Part shown: piece after piece, positions 1 to 8,175 of the stretch
How positions within the stretch are numbered: position 1 is the first letter of the stretch
How the letters are laid out: each line of letters opens with the position of its first letter
DNA from: Gaiellaceae bacterium
GTDB taxonomy: Bacteria > Actinomycetota > Thermoleophilia > Gaiellales > Gaiellaceae
Assembly: GCA_035296825.1 (NCBI GenBank)
Contig: DATHAG010000002.1
Span: 1-40,697, forward strand
Length of the DNA stretch: 40,697 nt
Direction: 5' to 3'
Notes under the pieces: generated by a model
Seen by the model: the letters and a program-made list of their open reading frames with translations, nothing else
The model's database searches: none
Told to the model about the DNA's origin: nothing
Translations under genes and position numbers: made by a program

Positions 1-678
1 CGCGTCCAGTTCGTCAGCGGCACGCAGCGCCACCGGCACCATCGCGCCGTAGGCGATCAGGCTCACGGCGTCCCCTTCCCGGGCAACCCGCGCCTTTCCG
101 AGCGGAACGACGTGCTCGCCGTCCGGCACCTCATCCCGAGCCGTCCGATAGAGGAGCTTCGGCTCGAAGACGACGACCGGGTCGTCCGAGCGGATCGCCG
201 CCGCCAGAAGTCCCTTGGCGTCGGCGGGCGTCGACGGGATCGCAACCTTGATCCCGGGCGTGTGCACGTAGTAGGCCTCCGGCGAGTCCTCGTGGAGTTC
301 GGGCGCGCGGACCCCGCCCCCGTAAGGCATCCGGATGGTGATCGGGAAGTCCATCGCTCCGCCCGTCCGCCAGCGGTAACGCCCGACGTGACAGATGAGC
401 TGGTCGAGGGCCGGATAGCTGAACGCGTCGTACTGCATCTCGCAGACCGGCCGCCAGCCCGCCATCGCGAGCCCGACCGCGCTGCCGAGGATCCCGGCCT
501 CCGCGAGAGGCGTGTCAACGCAGCGGTCAGCCCCGAAGCGGTCTCGAAGCCCTGCCGTGGCGCGGAAGACCCCGCCCGCTCGACCGACGTCCTCGCCGAG
601 CACCATGACGTCCGTATCGCGCTCCATCTCGACATGGAGGCCGTCGTTTACCGCTTCGACGAGCGTCCTAGCCGGCAT
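1..678 (-). CDS. 2-oxoacid (pyruvate/acetoin/branched-chain) dehydrogenase E1 component beta subunit, partial (C-terminus beyond left edge)
   Basis: Not in the ORF track (no stop in window). Manual minus-strand translation from ATG 678-676 gives MPARTLVEAVNDGLHVEMERDTDVMVLGEDVGRAGGVFRATAGLRDRFGADRCVDTPLAEAGILGSAVGLAMAGWRPVCEMQYDAFSYPALDQL...KARVAREGDAVSLIAYGAMV, open to base 1. This is the typical E1-beta transketolase-like domain. The start overlaps the E1 alpha stop by 11 nt. Confidence 0.85.
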   Translation of the reverse strand, partial: MPARTLVEAVNDGLHVEMERDTDVMVLGEDVGRAGGVFRATAGLRDRFGADRCVDTPLAEAGILGSAVGLAMAGWRPVCEMQYDAFSYPALDQLICHVGRYRWRTGGAMDFPITIRMPYGGGVRAPELHEDSPEAYYVHTPGIKVAIPSTPADAKGLLAAAIRSDDPVVVFEPKLLYRTARDEVPDGEHVVPLGKARVAREGDAVSLIAYGAMVPVALRAADELDA

Positions 679-1708
679 CCCGAAGATCCGGTGGAGGCTC
701 GGCGTACGCGTGCGTGAAGACCAGCTCGGGATCCGGTTCAGGCAGCCCTTCAGCGGCCGCGATGCCTGCTTTCATTGCAGCCAGGGCCTCCTCGCCGATC
801 TCCTTAGCGACCTGGTCGTCGAGGACACCGATTCTGCGCAAGTAGCGGGCGAAACGGTCGTGGCACTCGTTCTCGCGCTCGAGCCTGACCCGCTCGGGGT
901 CGATGTAGACGCTGGGGTCGTCAGCCGTCGCGTGCGGCGCCATCCGATAGGTCAGCGCCTCGATGAAAGTGGGGCCGCCACCGGCCCGCGCGCGCTCAGC
1001 CGCCTCGCAGGTCGCCTCGTAGACGGCCAGGACGTCGCCCCCGTCGACGCGAACGCCGGGCATACCGTAGCCACGTGCCTTGTCGGCGAGCGTCTCCGCC
1101 CGCGTCTGCGCCGACACCGGCGTCGAGATCGCCCAGCCGTTGTTGTTGCAGAGCAGAATCGCTGGAGCAGCCATCACCCCGGCGAGGTTAGCGCCCTCGT
1201 GAAAGGCTCCCTCTGAGGTCGCGCCGTCCCCGAAGAACACGAGCGAGCAGGCGCTTTCCCCCCGAAGCTTCTTTCCCCAGGCGAGTCCGACCGCGTGCGG
1301 GATCTGCGATGCGATCGGGACTGCGATCGAGGCGACGCGGAACTCGGCCGGGTTCCACCAGCCAGCGGGATGACCGCGCCACCAGGCCAGGATCGTCTCA
1401 GGCCGCATCCCGCGCAGTAGGCCGACCGCGGACTCACGATAGGAGGGAAAGATCCAGTCCTCGTCTGCCAATGCATGCACAGCTCCGACCTGAATGGCCT
1501 CGTGCCCCCAGTAGATCGCGTAGGTCCCGATCCGCCCCTGTCGGTGGTAGACAACCGAGCGCTCGTCGTAGGTCCTGAGCAGCACCATGCTGCGGTAGAG
1601 CGCGACCAGGTCGGTTTCGGTGAGTCCCTCCACCTCGCCGTCGGCCACGTCCCCACCGTCGCCGATGACCCGGCGGACATCGGGCTCCGCAGGCGCCACC
1701 TGGGTCAT
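668..1708 (-). CDS. 2-oxoacid dehydrogenase E1 component alpha subunit (TPP-dependent)
   Basis: 346 aa. Motifs: YRSMVLLRTYDERSVVYHRQGRIGTYAIYWGHEA, and a TPP-binding stretch FFGDGATSEGAFHEGANLAG...LLCNNNGWAIS. ATGA overlap with the upstream lipid kinase gene. Confidence 0.9.
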   Translation of the reverse strand: MTQVAPAEPDVRRVIGDGGDVADGEVEGLTETDLVALYRSMVLLRTYDERSVVYHRQGRIGTYAIYWGHEAIQVGAVHALADEDWIFPSYRESAVGLLRGMRPETILAWWRGHPAGWWNPAEFRVASIAVPIASQIPHAVGLAWGKKLRGESACSLVFFGDGATSEGAFHEGANLAGVMAAPAILLCNNNGWAISTPVSAQTRAETLADKARGYGMPGVRVDGGDVLAVYEATCEAAERARAGGGPTFIEALTYRMAPHATADDPSVYIDPERVRLERENECHDRFARYLRRIGVLDDQVAKEIGEEALAAMKAGIAAAEGLPEPDPELVFTHAYAEPPPDLRDAG

Positions 1709-2604
1709 GGTGCATTAGTACCCGACACGAGGACGGTCAACGAACACCGATCCGCTTCGAAGACGACCTCGTTGACGTCGCCGAGATCCTCCCCGTCGAC
1801 CTGCAGGGGCGTCGGCCCGTCGCAGTCGATCTCGACGAGATCCCGGTCATGGAGGTACAGCACCGCCGAGGAGCGATGCTGCCCGGGCCGCGCGAGCAAC
1901 CACGCAGCCAGCCTCGGAAGCTGCCAGGGTGCGAGCTCCCGCGGGGCGACGACGTCCAGCCCCTCCTCGAAGCGGGCAAGCGGCGCCACGTGGACCGGCA
2001 GGCGCCCGAAGTAGGTGTAGGGGTCGCAATTCGCCGCGAGCGCGAAGGCGACACGCCCCCGCCCGCGGACCGTCATCGAGGGGCGAAAGCGCGCGCGGCG
2101 CTCCGCCAGCAGGCGGGCGAGCATCGCGACGAACGCCACGTCACCGGGGCGGCCGGTCGCACGGCGCCCGAGCGCGTCCACGGCGCGGACGAGCTCGGCG
2201 TCGAGCCCGAGGCCGCCCGAGAATGTGAACCGCCGGCCGTTGGCCCGCCCGAGTGAGATCCTCCGAGTCGCGCTCGTGCGGCCCAGGATGCGGGCGGCTT
2301 CAAGCGCGTCACGTGGCAGGCCGAGCGCGCGCGGTAGGACACTCGTCCCACCCCCGGGGACGAACCCGACCGGGATGTCGCCCCGCACGCCGTTCACCGC
2401 CTCGTTGAAGCCCCCGTCGCCGGAGAAGACGTAGACACGGTCGTAGCCAGCGCTACTTTCGGCAAGCTCCTGCGCGTGGCCGGGGCGCTCCGTGAAGGCT
2501 GTCTCAACCTCGCCGCCGGCCGCCAGGGCCTCCGCCACCGCCTCCGTGAGCGCCGGCGTCACGCGGCTCGCAGTCGGGTTGACGATCAGGAGCGAGCGCG
2601 TCAC
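1705..2604 (-). CDS. Diacylglycerol kinase catalytic-domain family lipid kinase (YegS/BmrU/Rv2252-like)
   Basis: 299 aa. LLIVNPTASRV at the N-terminus, VFSGDGGFNEAVNG and PGGGTSVLPRALGLP motifs of the DAGK_cat fold. GTG start with a GTGA overlap onto the tetR stop. Confidence 0.8.
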   Translation of the reverse strand: MTRSLLIVNPTASRVTPALTEAVAEALAAGGEVETAFTERPGHAQELAESSAGYDRVYVFSGDGGFNEAVNGVRGDIPVGFVPGGGTSVLPRALGLPRDALEAARILGRTSATRRISLGRANGRRFTFSGGLGLDAELVRAVDALGRRATGRPGDVAFVAMLARLLAERRARFRPSMTVRGRGRVAFALAANCDPYTYFGRLPVHVAPLARFEEGLDVVAPRELAPWQLPRLAAWLLARPGQHRSSAVLYLHDRDLVEIDCDGPTPLQVDGEDLGDVNEVVFEADRCSLTVLVSGTNAP

Positions 2605-3176
2605 GCCGGCGTCGAATAGCCGCGCATGCCGTCGACCAGAAGCGCGTAGAAGCGGTCAGCCAGGTCATCCGTGTCGGCTCCCGGTCGGAGCCAGGTGTAC
2701 GCCCAGTTCGCCGCCGAGAGAAAGACGAGCGCAGCGACCGACTCGTCGAGGTCGGAACGGAGCTCTCCGAGCTCGCGGCCCTCGCGGAAGAGGGCCCTGA
2801 TGCGGTCCTCGTAGCGGCGCCGCTCCGCCAGGATCTCCTCCCGATGCTCGCCCTCGAGATTCCGCCACTCCTGGACGAAGATCGTCGCGACGTCGAGCTG
2901 GTCGCCCACGGTTGCGAGATGCGCCCGCAACGCCAGACGAATGCGGTCGGTCACGGCGAGCTCCTCGGGAATTCCGTCGAGCCCGTGGTGAAAGGCATCC
3001 GCCCCCTCGCGCATGGCCTCGTAGAGAAGCTCCTGCTTGCCGCCGATGTGCGCGTAGAGCGAGCCCTTCTGGACTCCGAGTGCCTGCGCGAGATCGCCGA
3101 CGGACGTCCCGTGATAGCCCTTCTCTGCAAAGAGCCGGGCGGCGTGGCGTGAGAGCTCTGCGCGGCGGGTAGTCAC
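2601..3176 (-). CDS. TetR/AcrR family transcriptional regulator (candidate PaaR-like repressor)
   Basis: 191 aa. N-terminal HTH RHAARLFAEKGYHGTSVGDLAQALGVQKGSLYAHIGGKQELL. GTG start at 3176. Divergent from paaA across 41 bp. Confidence 0.85.
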   Translation of the reverse strand: MTTRRAELSRHAARLFAEKGYHGTSVGDLAQALGVQKGSLYAHIGGKQELLYEAMREGADAFHHGLDGIPEELAVTDRIRLALRAHLATVGDQLDVATIFVQEWRNLEGEHREEILAERRRYEDRIRALFREGRELGELRSDLDESVAALVFLSAANWAYTWLRPGADTDDLADRFYALLVDGMRGYSTPA

Positions 3177-3190
3177 GCTAGAGTGACACC

Positions 3191-3204
3191 CTAACGACCG
3201 TTTG
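3191..3204. promoter_or_regulatory. Palindromic operator candidate CTAACGACCGTTTG (core AACG-N2-CGTT) in the tetR/paaA divergent region
   Basis: The inverted repeat is seen directly. It is centred in the 41-bp gap between the tetR GTG (3176) and the paaA ATG (3218). A TAGAGT -10-like hexamer lies at 3179-3184. The site fits the CNAACGNNCGTTNG consensus I recall for Thermus PaaR (from memory, unverified). Confidence 0.45.
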
Positions 3205-3217
3205 GTTGGGAGGCGAG

Positions 3218-4120
3218 ATGACTGCGCGCGAAACCGAGTTCAAGGATTACCTTCAGGGAGGCGGCCAGGTCGAAACCGGGGACTGGATGCCGGACGAATA
3301 CCGCGCCCGCCTCGTCAAGTTCATCGAGATGCATGGGAACTCGGAGCTCATGGGCGTCCTGCCTGAGCGGGAGTGGATCCTGCGCGCCCCGACCCTCCAG
3401 CGCAAGCTCGCGCTGACGGCGAAGGTGCAGGACGAGGTCGGGCACGCGCAGCTGATCTACCGGGTGGTCGAAGACCTCGGAAAGCCGCGCGAGCAGTGTC
3501 TCGACGACCTGATCTCCGGCGTGTCGAAGTTCCACAACGTCTTCCACTATCCGACCAAGACCTGGGGCGACGTGGGCGTGATCGCCTGGCTCGTGGACGC
3601 CGCCGCGATCATCTCCCAGAAAGCGCTTCTCAAATGCTCCTACGCCCCGTACGCCAGGATCATGAAGAAGATTTGCTGGGAGGAGTCCTTCCACATCCTC
3701 CACGGCCGCGACGTCGTCCTGACGCTCGTGAACGGGACCGATGAGCAGCGGGGGCTCGTCCAGGAGGCGATCAACCGGTGGTGGGGGCCGCTCATGCAGT
3801 TCCACGGAAACCCGATCGCCGCCGAGTCCGATCCGATGGTGGAGTGGCGCATCAAGAGCCAGGCCAACGAGGACGCCCGTCAGCAGTTCCTGGACGGGTA
3901 CGTGCCGCAGATCTGGGAACTCGGTCTGTCCGTGCCGGATCCTGCGCTGCGAAAGGACGAGGAGACCGGGGTCTGGCACTACTCGGAGCCGGATTGGGAT
4001 GAGCTCAAGCACGTAGTCACCGGTCACGGTCCCAAGAGCCAGGAGCGGCTCGACTTCCGTCGCCGCTTTCGCGACCAGGAAGCCTGGGTGCGACAGGCTG
4101 TCCTGACCGAGGCGGCGTGA
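3218..4120 (+). CDS. paaA: 1,2-phenylacetyl-CoA epoxidase subunit A
   Basis: ORF 3206-4120. The ATG at 3218 is preferred because it is preceded by GGGAGG at 3208-3213. Di-iron ferritin-like motifs: FIEMHGNSELMG, AKVQDEVGHAQLIYRVVEDLG, WEESFHILHG. Confidence 0.92.
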   Translation: MTARETEFKDYLQGGGQVETGDWMPDEYRARLVKFIEMHGNSELMGVLPEREWILRAPTLQRKLALTAKVQDEVGHAQLIYRVVEDLGKPREQCLDDLISGVSKFHNVFHYPTKTWGDVGVIAWLVDAAAIISQKALLKCSYAPYARIMKKICWEESFHILHGRDVVLTLVNGTDEQRGLVQEAINRWWGPLMQFHGNPIAAESDPMVEWRIKSQANEDARQQFLDGYVPQIWELGLSVPDPALRKDEETGVWHYSEPDWDELKHVVTGHGPKSQERLDFRRRFRDQEAWVRQAVLTEAA

Positions 4121-4404
4121 TCTACGAGGTCTTCCGGCAGGAGCGCAAGGGCCAGGCGTTCCAGCATGCCGGCTCGATCACTGCTCCCAACGACGCCTTC
4201 GCCGAGGCTTACGCGCGAGAGCAGTACGGGCGGCGCCAGGAGTCGGAAGCGCTCTGGCTCGTGGCGCGAACGGCCCTCCGCGAGATCCACGACTTTCCGG
4301 ACGAGCTGCAGAAGAGCTACCACCGCGTCGACGGCTACTCCCTGAAGGCGAAGCTGAAGGAGGCACGTGAGAGAGCGGGCACAACGGCTCCTGCAGATCG
4401 CTGA
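4117..4404 (+). CDS. paaB: 1,2-phenylacetyl-CoA epoxidase subunit B
   Basis: 95 aa. YEVFRQERKGQAFQHAGSITAPNDAFAEAYAREQYGRRQES is typical of PaaB. GTGA overlap with the paaA stop. Confidence 0.9.
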   Translation: MIYEVFRQERKGQAFQHAGSITAPNDAFAEAYAREQYGRRQESEALWLVARTALREIHDFPDELQKSYHRVDGYSLKAKLKEARERAGTTAPADR

Positions 4405-5023
4405 CGACGAGCTCGTCCTCGGTTGGCGGGACTCCGAGTGGACCGGGATCGCCCCCTTCCTCGAGGAGGACGTTGCACTCTCCTCGATCGCCCAGAACGA
4501 GATCGGGCACGCCCGCGCCCTTTACGAGCTCGCAGCGCGCGACCTGGGCACGACGGCGGACGAGCTCGCGTTCGACCGCGCACCGGAGGAATACCGCTGT
4601 GCGCCGTTCGTCGAGGTCCGGCTCATGGCCTGGGCCGACACGATCGCGCGCCGCGTCCTCTACGAGGCCGCAGACGCGATCCGGCTCGACATGCTGAAGG
4701 CGGATCCCGACCCTGAGCTGGCGGGCCTCGCGGCAAAGATGGATCGCGAGGAGGTCTACCACCGGCTCCATGCGGAGATGTGGGCCGACCGCCTGCGCGA
4801 AGAGCCGCGCTTTCGAACCGCCGTCAACGCGCTGTGGGGCCAGGCTCTCGGCGTTCTGGACGCGGAGCTCGCGGCGGTACTTGCAGAGCGAATGCCGGAG
4901 CAGCTCGGCTGGACACCTGCGGCAGCCGTTCCCGCAGCCCGAGACGGCCACTCGGATGGGTTTCGCGAGCTCTGGGACGACATGACGATGGTGCGCCGCT
5001 CGATCCCGGGGGCGTCATGGTGA
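4367..5023 (+). CDS. paaC: 1,2-phenylacetyl-CoA epoxidase subunit C
   Basis: 218 aa. LLQIADDELVLGWRDSEWTGIAPFLEEDVALSSIAQNEIGHARALYEL. GTG start preceded by GAAGGAGG. Overlaps the paaB 3' end by 38 nt. Confidence 0.85.
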   Translation: MRERAQRLLQIADDELVLGWRDSEWTGIAPFLEEDVALSSIAQNEIGHARALYELAARDLGTTADELAFDRAPEEYRCAPFVEVRLMAWADTIARRVLYEAADAIRLDMLKADPDPELAGLAAKMDREEVYHRLHAEMWADRLREEPRFRTAVNALWGQALGVLDAELAAVLAERMPEQLGWTPAAAVPAARDGHSDGFRELWDDMTMVRRSIPGASW

Positions 5024-5502
5024 CGGGCGAGGCGGTCTGGGCGGCGCTTGCGGCGATCCCCGACCCCGAGATCCCCGTCATCTCGCTCGTCGATCTCGGC
5101 GTCGTCCGGGACGTGTCGGTCGACGACGAGCGCGTTCGAGTGGAGTTCACGCCGACCTTTCTCGGCTGTCCCGCCCTCGAAGTGATGCGAGACGCGATGG
5201 CAGCGAGCATCGAGGCGCTCGGCGGCAAGCCGGAGATACGCGTAGTCGTCGACGACTCGTGGTCGACGGACCGGATCACGACCGCGGGCCGGGAAAAGCT
5301 GCGGGAGGCGGGCTTCGCGCCCCCGGCGCCGCATGCGGCCGAGCCTCCCAAGCTCGTCCAGCTGCGGTCGAACGCCTTCCGGTGCCCGTATTGCGGGTCA
5401 AGCGAGACAAAACTCGAAAACCTCTTCGGCCCGACGCCGTGCCGCTCGGTCCGCTACTGCGAGAGCTGCCGGCAGCCGTTCGAGCAGTTCAAGACCATCT
5501 AG
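5017..5502 (+). CDS. paaD: Phenylacetate-CoA oxygenase subunit PaaD (SUF/MIP18-like domain plus C-terminal Cys4 ribbon)
   Basis: The internal ATG at 5017 of ORF 4780-5502 overlaps the paaC stop (ATGGTGA). Sequence VWAALAAIPDPEIPVISLVDLGVVRDV and C-terminal FRCPYCGSSETKLENLFGPTPCRSVRYCESCRQPFEQFK. Confidence 0.88.
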   Translation: MVTGEAVWAALAAIPDPEIPVISLVDLGVVRDVSVDDERVRVEFTPTFLGCPALEVMRDAMAASIEALGGKPEIRVVVDDSWSTDRITTAGREKLREAGFAPPAPHAAEPPKLVQLRSNAFRCPYCGSSETKLENLFGPTPCRSVRYCESCRQPFEQFKTI

Positions 5503-5725
5503 CCCCCTCACGTCGAGCGCGCGCGGCCAGACCTCGTTCATACGGGACGCTCCCTCGCTGGCCTGGCCGGCGAGACGCTCGGCACCGTCGCCCCCGCCGA
5601 GGCTCACATCTACACGCGCAGCGTCGCCCTCCCGAGCACGGCCGGAAACGAGCTCCAACGCCCTCTCCGCCGGGGCTTCGTACACCTGGTCAGCTGTCTC
5701 CGCTTAGCGCCGGTCGCTCCGTGCC

Positions 5726-7822
5726 TCATACGACCGGTTCCCGCCGCATGCGCTGATACGCGAGCGCGGCCAGCAGGAACAGCAAACCGAGGACGATGAA
5801 CGAAAGGACGCGCCACACCGACTCGAGCTCGGAAAGGTCATAGAGAAACACCTTTCCCGCTGCAAGGATCAAGAGCCCGAATCCGGCTAGCCGCAAGTCG
5901 CGGACCTCACGGCGCAGGCCCAGCCAGAGGGAAGCGAGGCCGCCAACGGTCCAGAAGATGCTCAGGAGCGCCTGGCCCTGCTGGCGGACGTCGAGACCGA
6001 TGCCGGTGCGGATGCTGTCCGCTCCCGGTTGGAATGTCTCCACAATCGCGGCGGAGGCCAGGTAGACAAGCGCGAGGGCCCGAAGGCAGAAGAGCACGCG
6101 CCTCCAGTCGGCCTCCTCGCGAGGCCAGACGAGTGCGCACCGCGCCGATGCGACGGTCACGGCGCCGATCGCCAGAGCCGCGGCGCCGAGATCTGGGACA
6201 CCGTAGAACAGCGAATCGAGCGGCGCCTCGAGCACGAGCACGTGGGCGGCGCCCAGCGCAACGAAGGAGAGTGCGCCGAATCGCGCCGTCCGGTCGCCGG
6301 TTCGTCGCGCGAGCTCGGCCAAGGCGATCGCCTCGCCGGCCCAGGCGAGTACGAGCGGTGCCCCGTCGAGGACGAGCGCCGTCACGTAGGCGCCCGAGGC
6401 GATCGAGACCGCGTCGAGAATGAGGCGGGCGCCGTCGTTCTCCTTCCACGCCGCCCGCGCACAAGCGAAGGAACCGAGGGCAACGGCGAGAACCGCGGCA
6501 GCACCTCCAGCGACATCTCCGCTTCCACCCGAGAGCGCATCCGGGGGAGCGTCGAAGAAGACCGCATGAGTGACGGCCAGGGCAAGCTGGCCCGCGAGTG
6601 CCAGCTTGACGACGGCGGCCCCGTGCGCGAGGCGCTGCGTGAGCGCAGCGAGCAGCACGGCGCTTGCAGCCCAGCCGATTGCGAGCGAGGGCCCGTCGAC
6701 CAGGAGCCCGAAGGCAGCATCGGCGGATATGAGCGAGACGCCGAGCAGGAGTGCCGCGATTTCCCGGCGATCTCCCCCGAACCGCAGCAAGCCGGCCCCG
6801 AGAGCGAAGTGGGCCACGCTCACTCCTCCTACCCAGAGGCCGGCGGCAGAGGCGCCCCCATCACCGAAACCGATGGCAGCGCCTCCGATTCCTGCCACGA
6901 GAAGCGCGTTCAGAGCCACGAGTAGCGAGGTCGAGGGGCGCAAGGAGGCCGGTGACACCCGAAGCTCAAACCCGAGCGCGGACACGAGGCTGAGAGCGCC
7001 GAAGACGCTGAGCACAACCACGATCGCCAGGTCGGAGGGGGACGCGTCAAGAACCCAGTACGCGATCTGCGTCATGGCAACCGCGAACGCCCCGATCCGG
7101 AGCCATTCCCACCGGCGCCACACCAGGACCGCGGCCGACGAGGCGAAGGCGACCGCGAGGAAGACCAGCGTCTCGTGCGTCGGGTCGGCTGCGAGGAAGA
7201 CCGGTGCGAGCAGCGAGCCGAGGATGCCAAGCCCTCCGACCGTGCGGGAGTCCCACTGCAGCGCGACGGCGGTCGCAAGCGCGCCGATTCCGAGCGCGGC
7301 GGGCAACGCCGCGGCGACAGGGATCAGGTCGTAGTGCGCCGTACCGGCTGTCAACGAGAGGAAGAGCCCCGCGATCCCCGTACCCACCAGCGCAAGCGAG
7401 GCCTGCGTCCGTCCGCGGCGCTCGCCGATCATGACGCCGGCCGCGAAGAGGGCCCCAGACCCCGCAAACGCGAGCACGATTCGCGTCGTCACGTCGAGCC
7501 AGCCCCGGTCGACGGCGAGAGCGACGAACAGCGCCAGGCCGATGAGAACGGCAATGCCTCCCACCAGTGCCAGAAGGCGACCACTGAGGAACTCCTCCAG
7601 GTTGATGGGCTTCGGGGCCGAACCCTCATGCTGGGGGGCAACGCGCGGGAATGGGCTGGGCGTAGTTGCAGGCGCGCGCAGGGGCGCTTTGGGCTCGGCA
7701 ACCTTCGGCTCGATCCGGTCCCACCTTGGAGCGGCTGGTACGCCTTCGAGCGCTGCAATTCGACGGGAGAGCCTCGCTACCTCAGCCTCGAGTGCGAGGA
7801 GCCTTGCGTCGGTGGAGCTCAC
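5726..7822 (-). CDS. DUF2339-type polytopic membrane protein (N-terminal coiled coil, Pro-rich linker, about 20 TM helices)
   Basis: ORF 5726-7942. I prefer the in-frame GTG at 7822, which has AGGAGGG 7 nt upstream; the ATG at 7942 would overlap the XRE gene by 61 nt. Coiled coil LLALEAEVARLSRRIAALEG is followed by repeated hydrophobic helices. Confidence 0.7.
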   Translation of the reverse strand: MSSTDARLLALEAEVARLSRRIAALEGVPAAPRWDRIEPKVAEPKAPLRAPATTPSPFPRVAPQHEGSAPKPINLEEFLSGRLLALVGGIAVLIGLALFVALAVDRGWLDVTTRIVLAFAGSGALFAAGVMIGERRGRTQASLALVGTGIAGLFLSLTAGTAHYDLIPVAAALPAALGIGALATAVALQWDSRTVGGLGILGSLLAPVFLAADPTHETLVFLAVAFASSAAVLVWRRWEWLRIGAFAVAMTQIAYWVLDASPSDLAIVVVLSVFGALSLVSALGFELRVSPASLRPSTSLLVALNALLVAGIGGAAIGFGDGGASAAGLWVGGVSVAHFALGAGLLRFGGDRREIAALLLGVSLISADAAFGLLVDGPSLAIGWAASAVLLAALTQRLAHGAAVVKLALAGQLALAVTHAVFFDAPPDALSGGSGDVAGGAAAVLAVALGSFACARAAWKENDGARLILDAVSIASGAYVTALVLDGAPLVLAWAGEAIALAELARRTGDRTARFGALSFVALGAAHVLVLEAPLDSLFYGVPDLGAAALAIGAVTVASARCALVWPREEADWRRVLFCLRALALVYLASAAIVETFQPGADSIRTGIGLDVRQQGQALLSIFWTVGGLASLWLGLRREVRDLRLAGFGLLILAAGKVFLYDLSELESVWRVLSFIVLGLLFLLAALAYQRMRREPVV

Positions 7823-7840
7823 AGCAACCCCCTCCTCTGG

Positions 7841-7881
7841 TATACATATCTCATGTTCGCTATATATAGCATCTCTGCGAT
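7841..7881. promoter_or_regulatory. AT-rich divergent promoter/operator region between the DUF2339 gene and the XRE regulator
   Basis: tatacatatctcatgttcgctatatatagcatctctgcgat has 14/41 G+C by hand count, against a much higher-GC background. It contains TATATA/TAGCAT -10-like hexamers and a GTATAC palindrome at its left border. Confidence 0.4.
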
Positions 7882-8163
7882 ATGAGTCAAGGCCCGCACC
7901 ACCGGACGCCCGCCCTCGGTCGAATCCGAGAGCGTCTCGCACATGCCGAGGGTGGTTGGCTCTTCGCCCAGATCGCAGGGCAGGTCACCGACAGGCGCAG
8001 GGCACAAGGGCTCTCGCAGGCCGAGCTCGCCTCCCTCGTCGGGACGACCCAGTCTGCGATCGCGAGACTCGAGAGCGGTGGACGCCCGCCGCGAATCGAC
8101 ACGCTGCTCCGGATCGCAGACGCGCTCGACTGCGACCTCGCAGTCGACCTTCGGCCCCGCTAG
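7882..8163 (+). CDS. XRE-family helix-turn-helix transcriptional regulator
   Basis: 93 aa. HTH: RRAQGLSQAELASLVGTTQSAIARLESGGRPPRIDTLLRIADAL. Confidence 0.8.
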   Translation: MSQGPHHRTPALGRIRERLAHAEGGWLFAQIAGQVTDRRRAQGLSQAELASLVGTTQSAIARLESGGRPPRIDTLLRIADALDCDLAVDLRPR

Positions 8164-8175
8164 ACCCGGAGGCTG

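Noticed and set aside
63-717. ORFs 63-635 (-) and 112-717 (+) offered by the track at the left edge
   Set aside because: Both are alternative frames of the E1 beta gene, which I could translate continuously from 678 to 1 with clear family motifs. The track omitted the true frame because it has no stop in the window.
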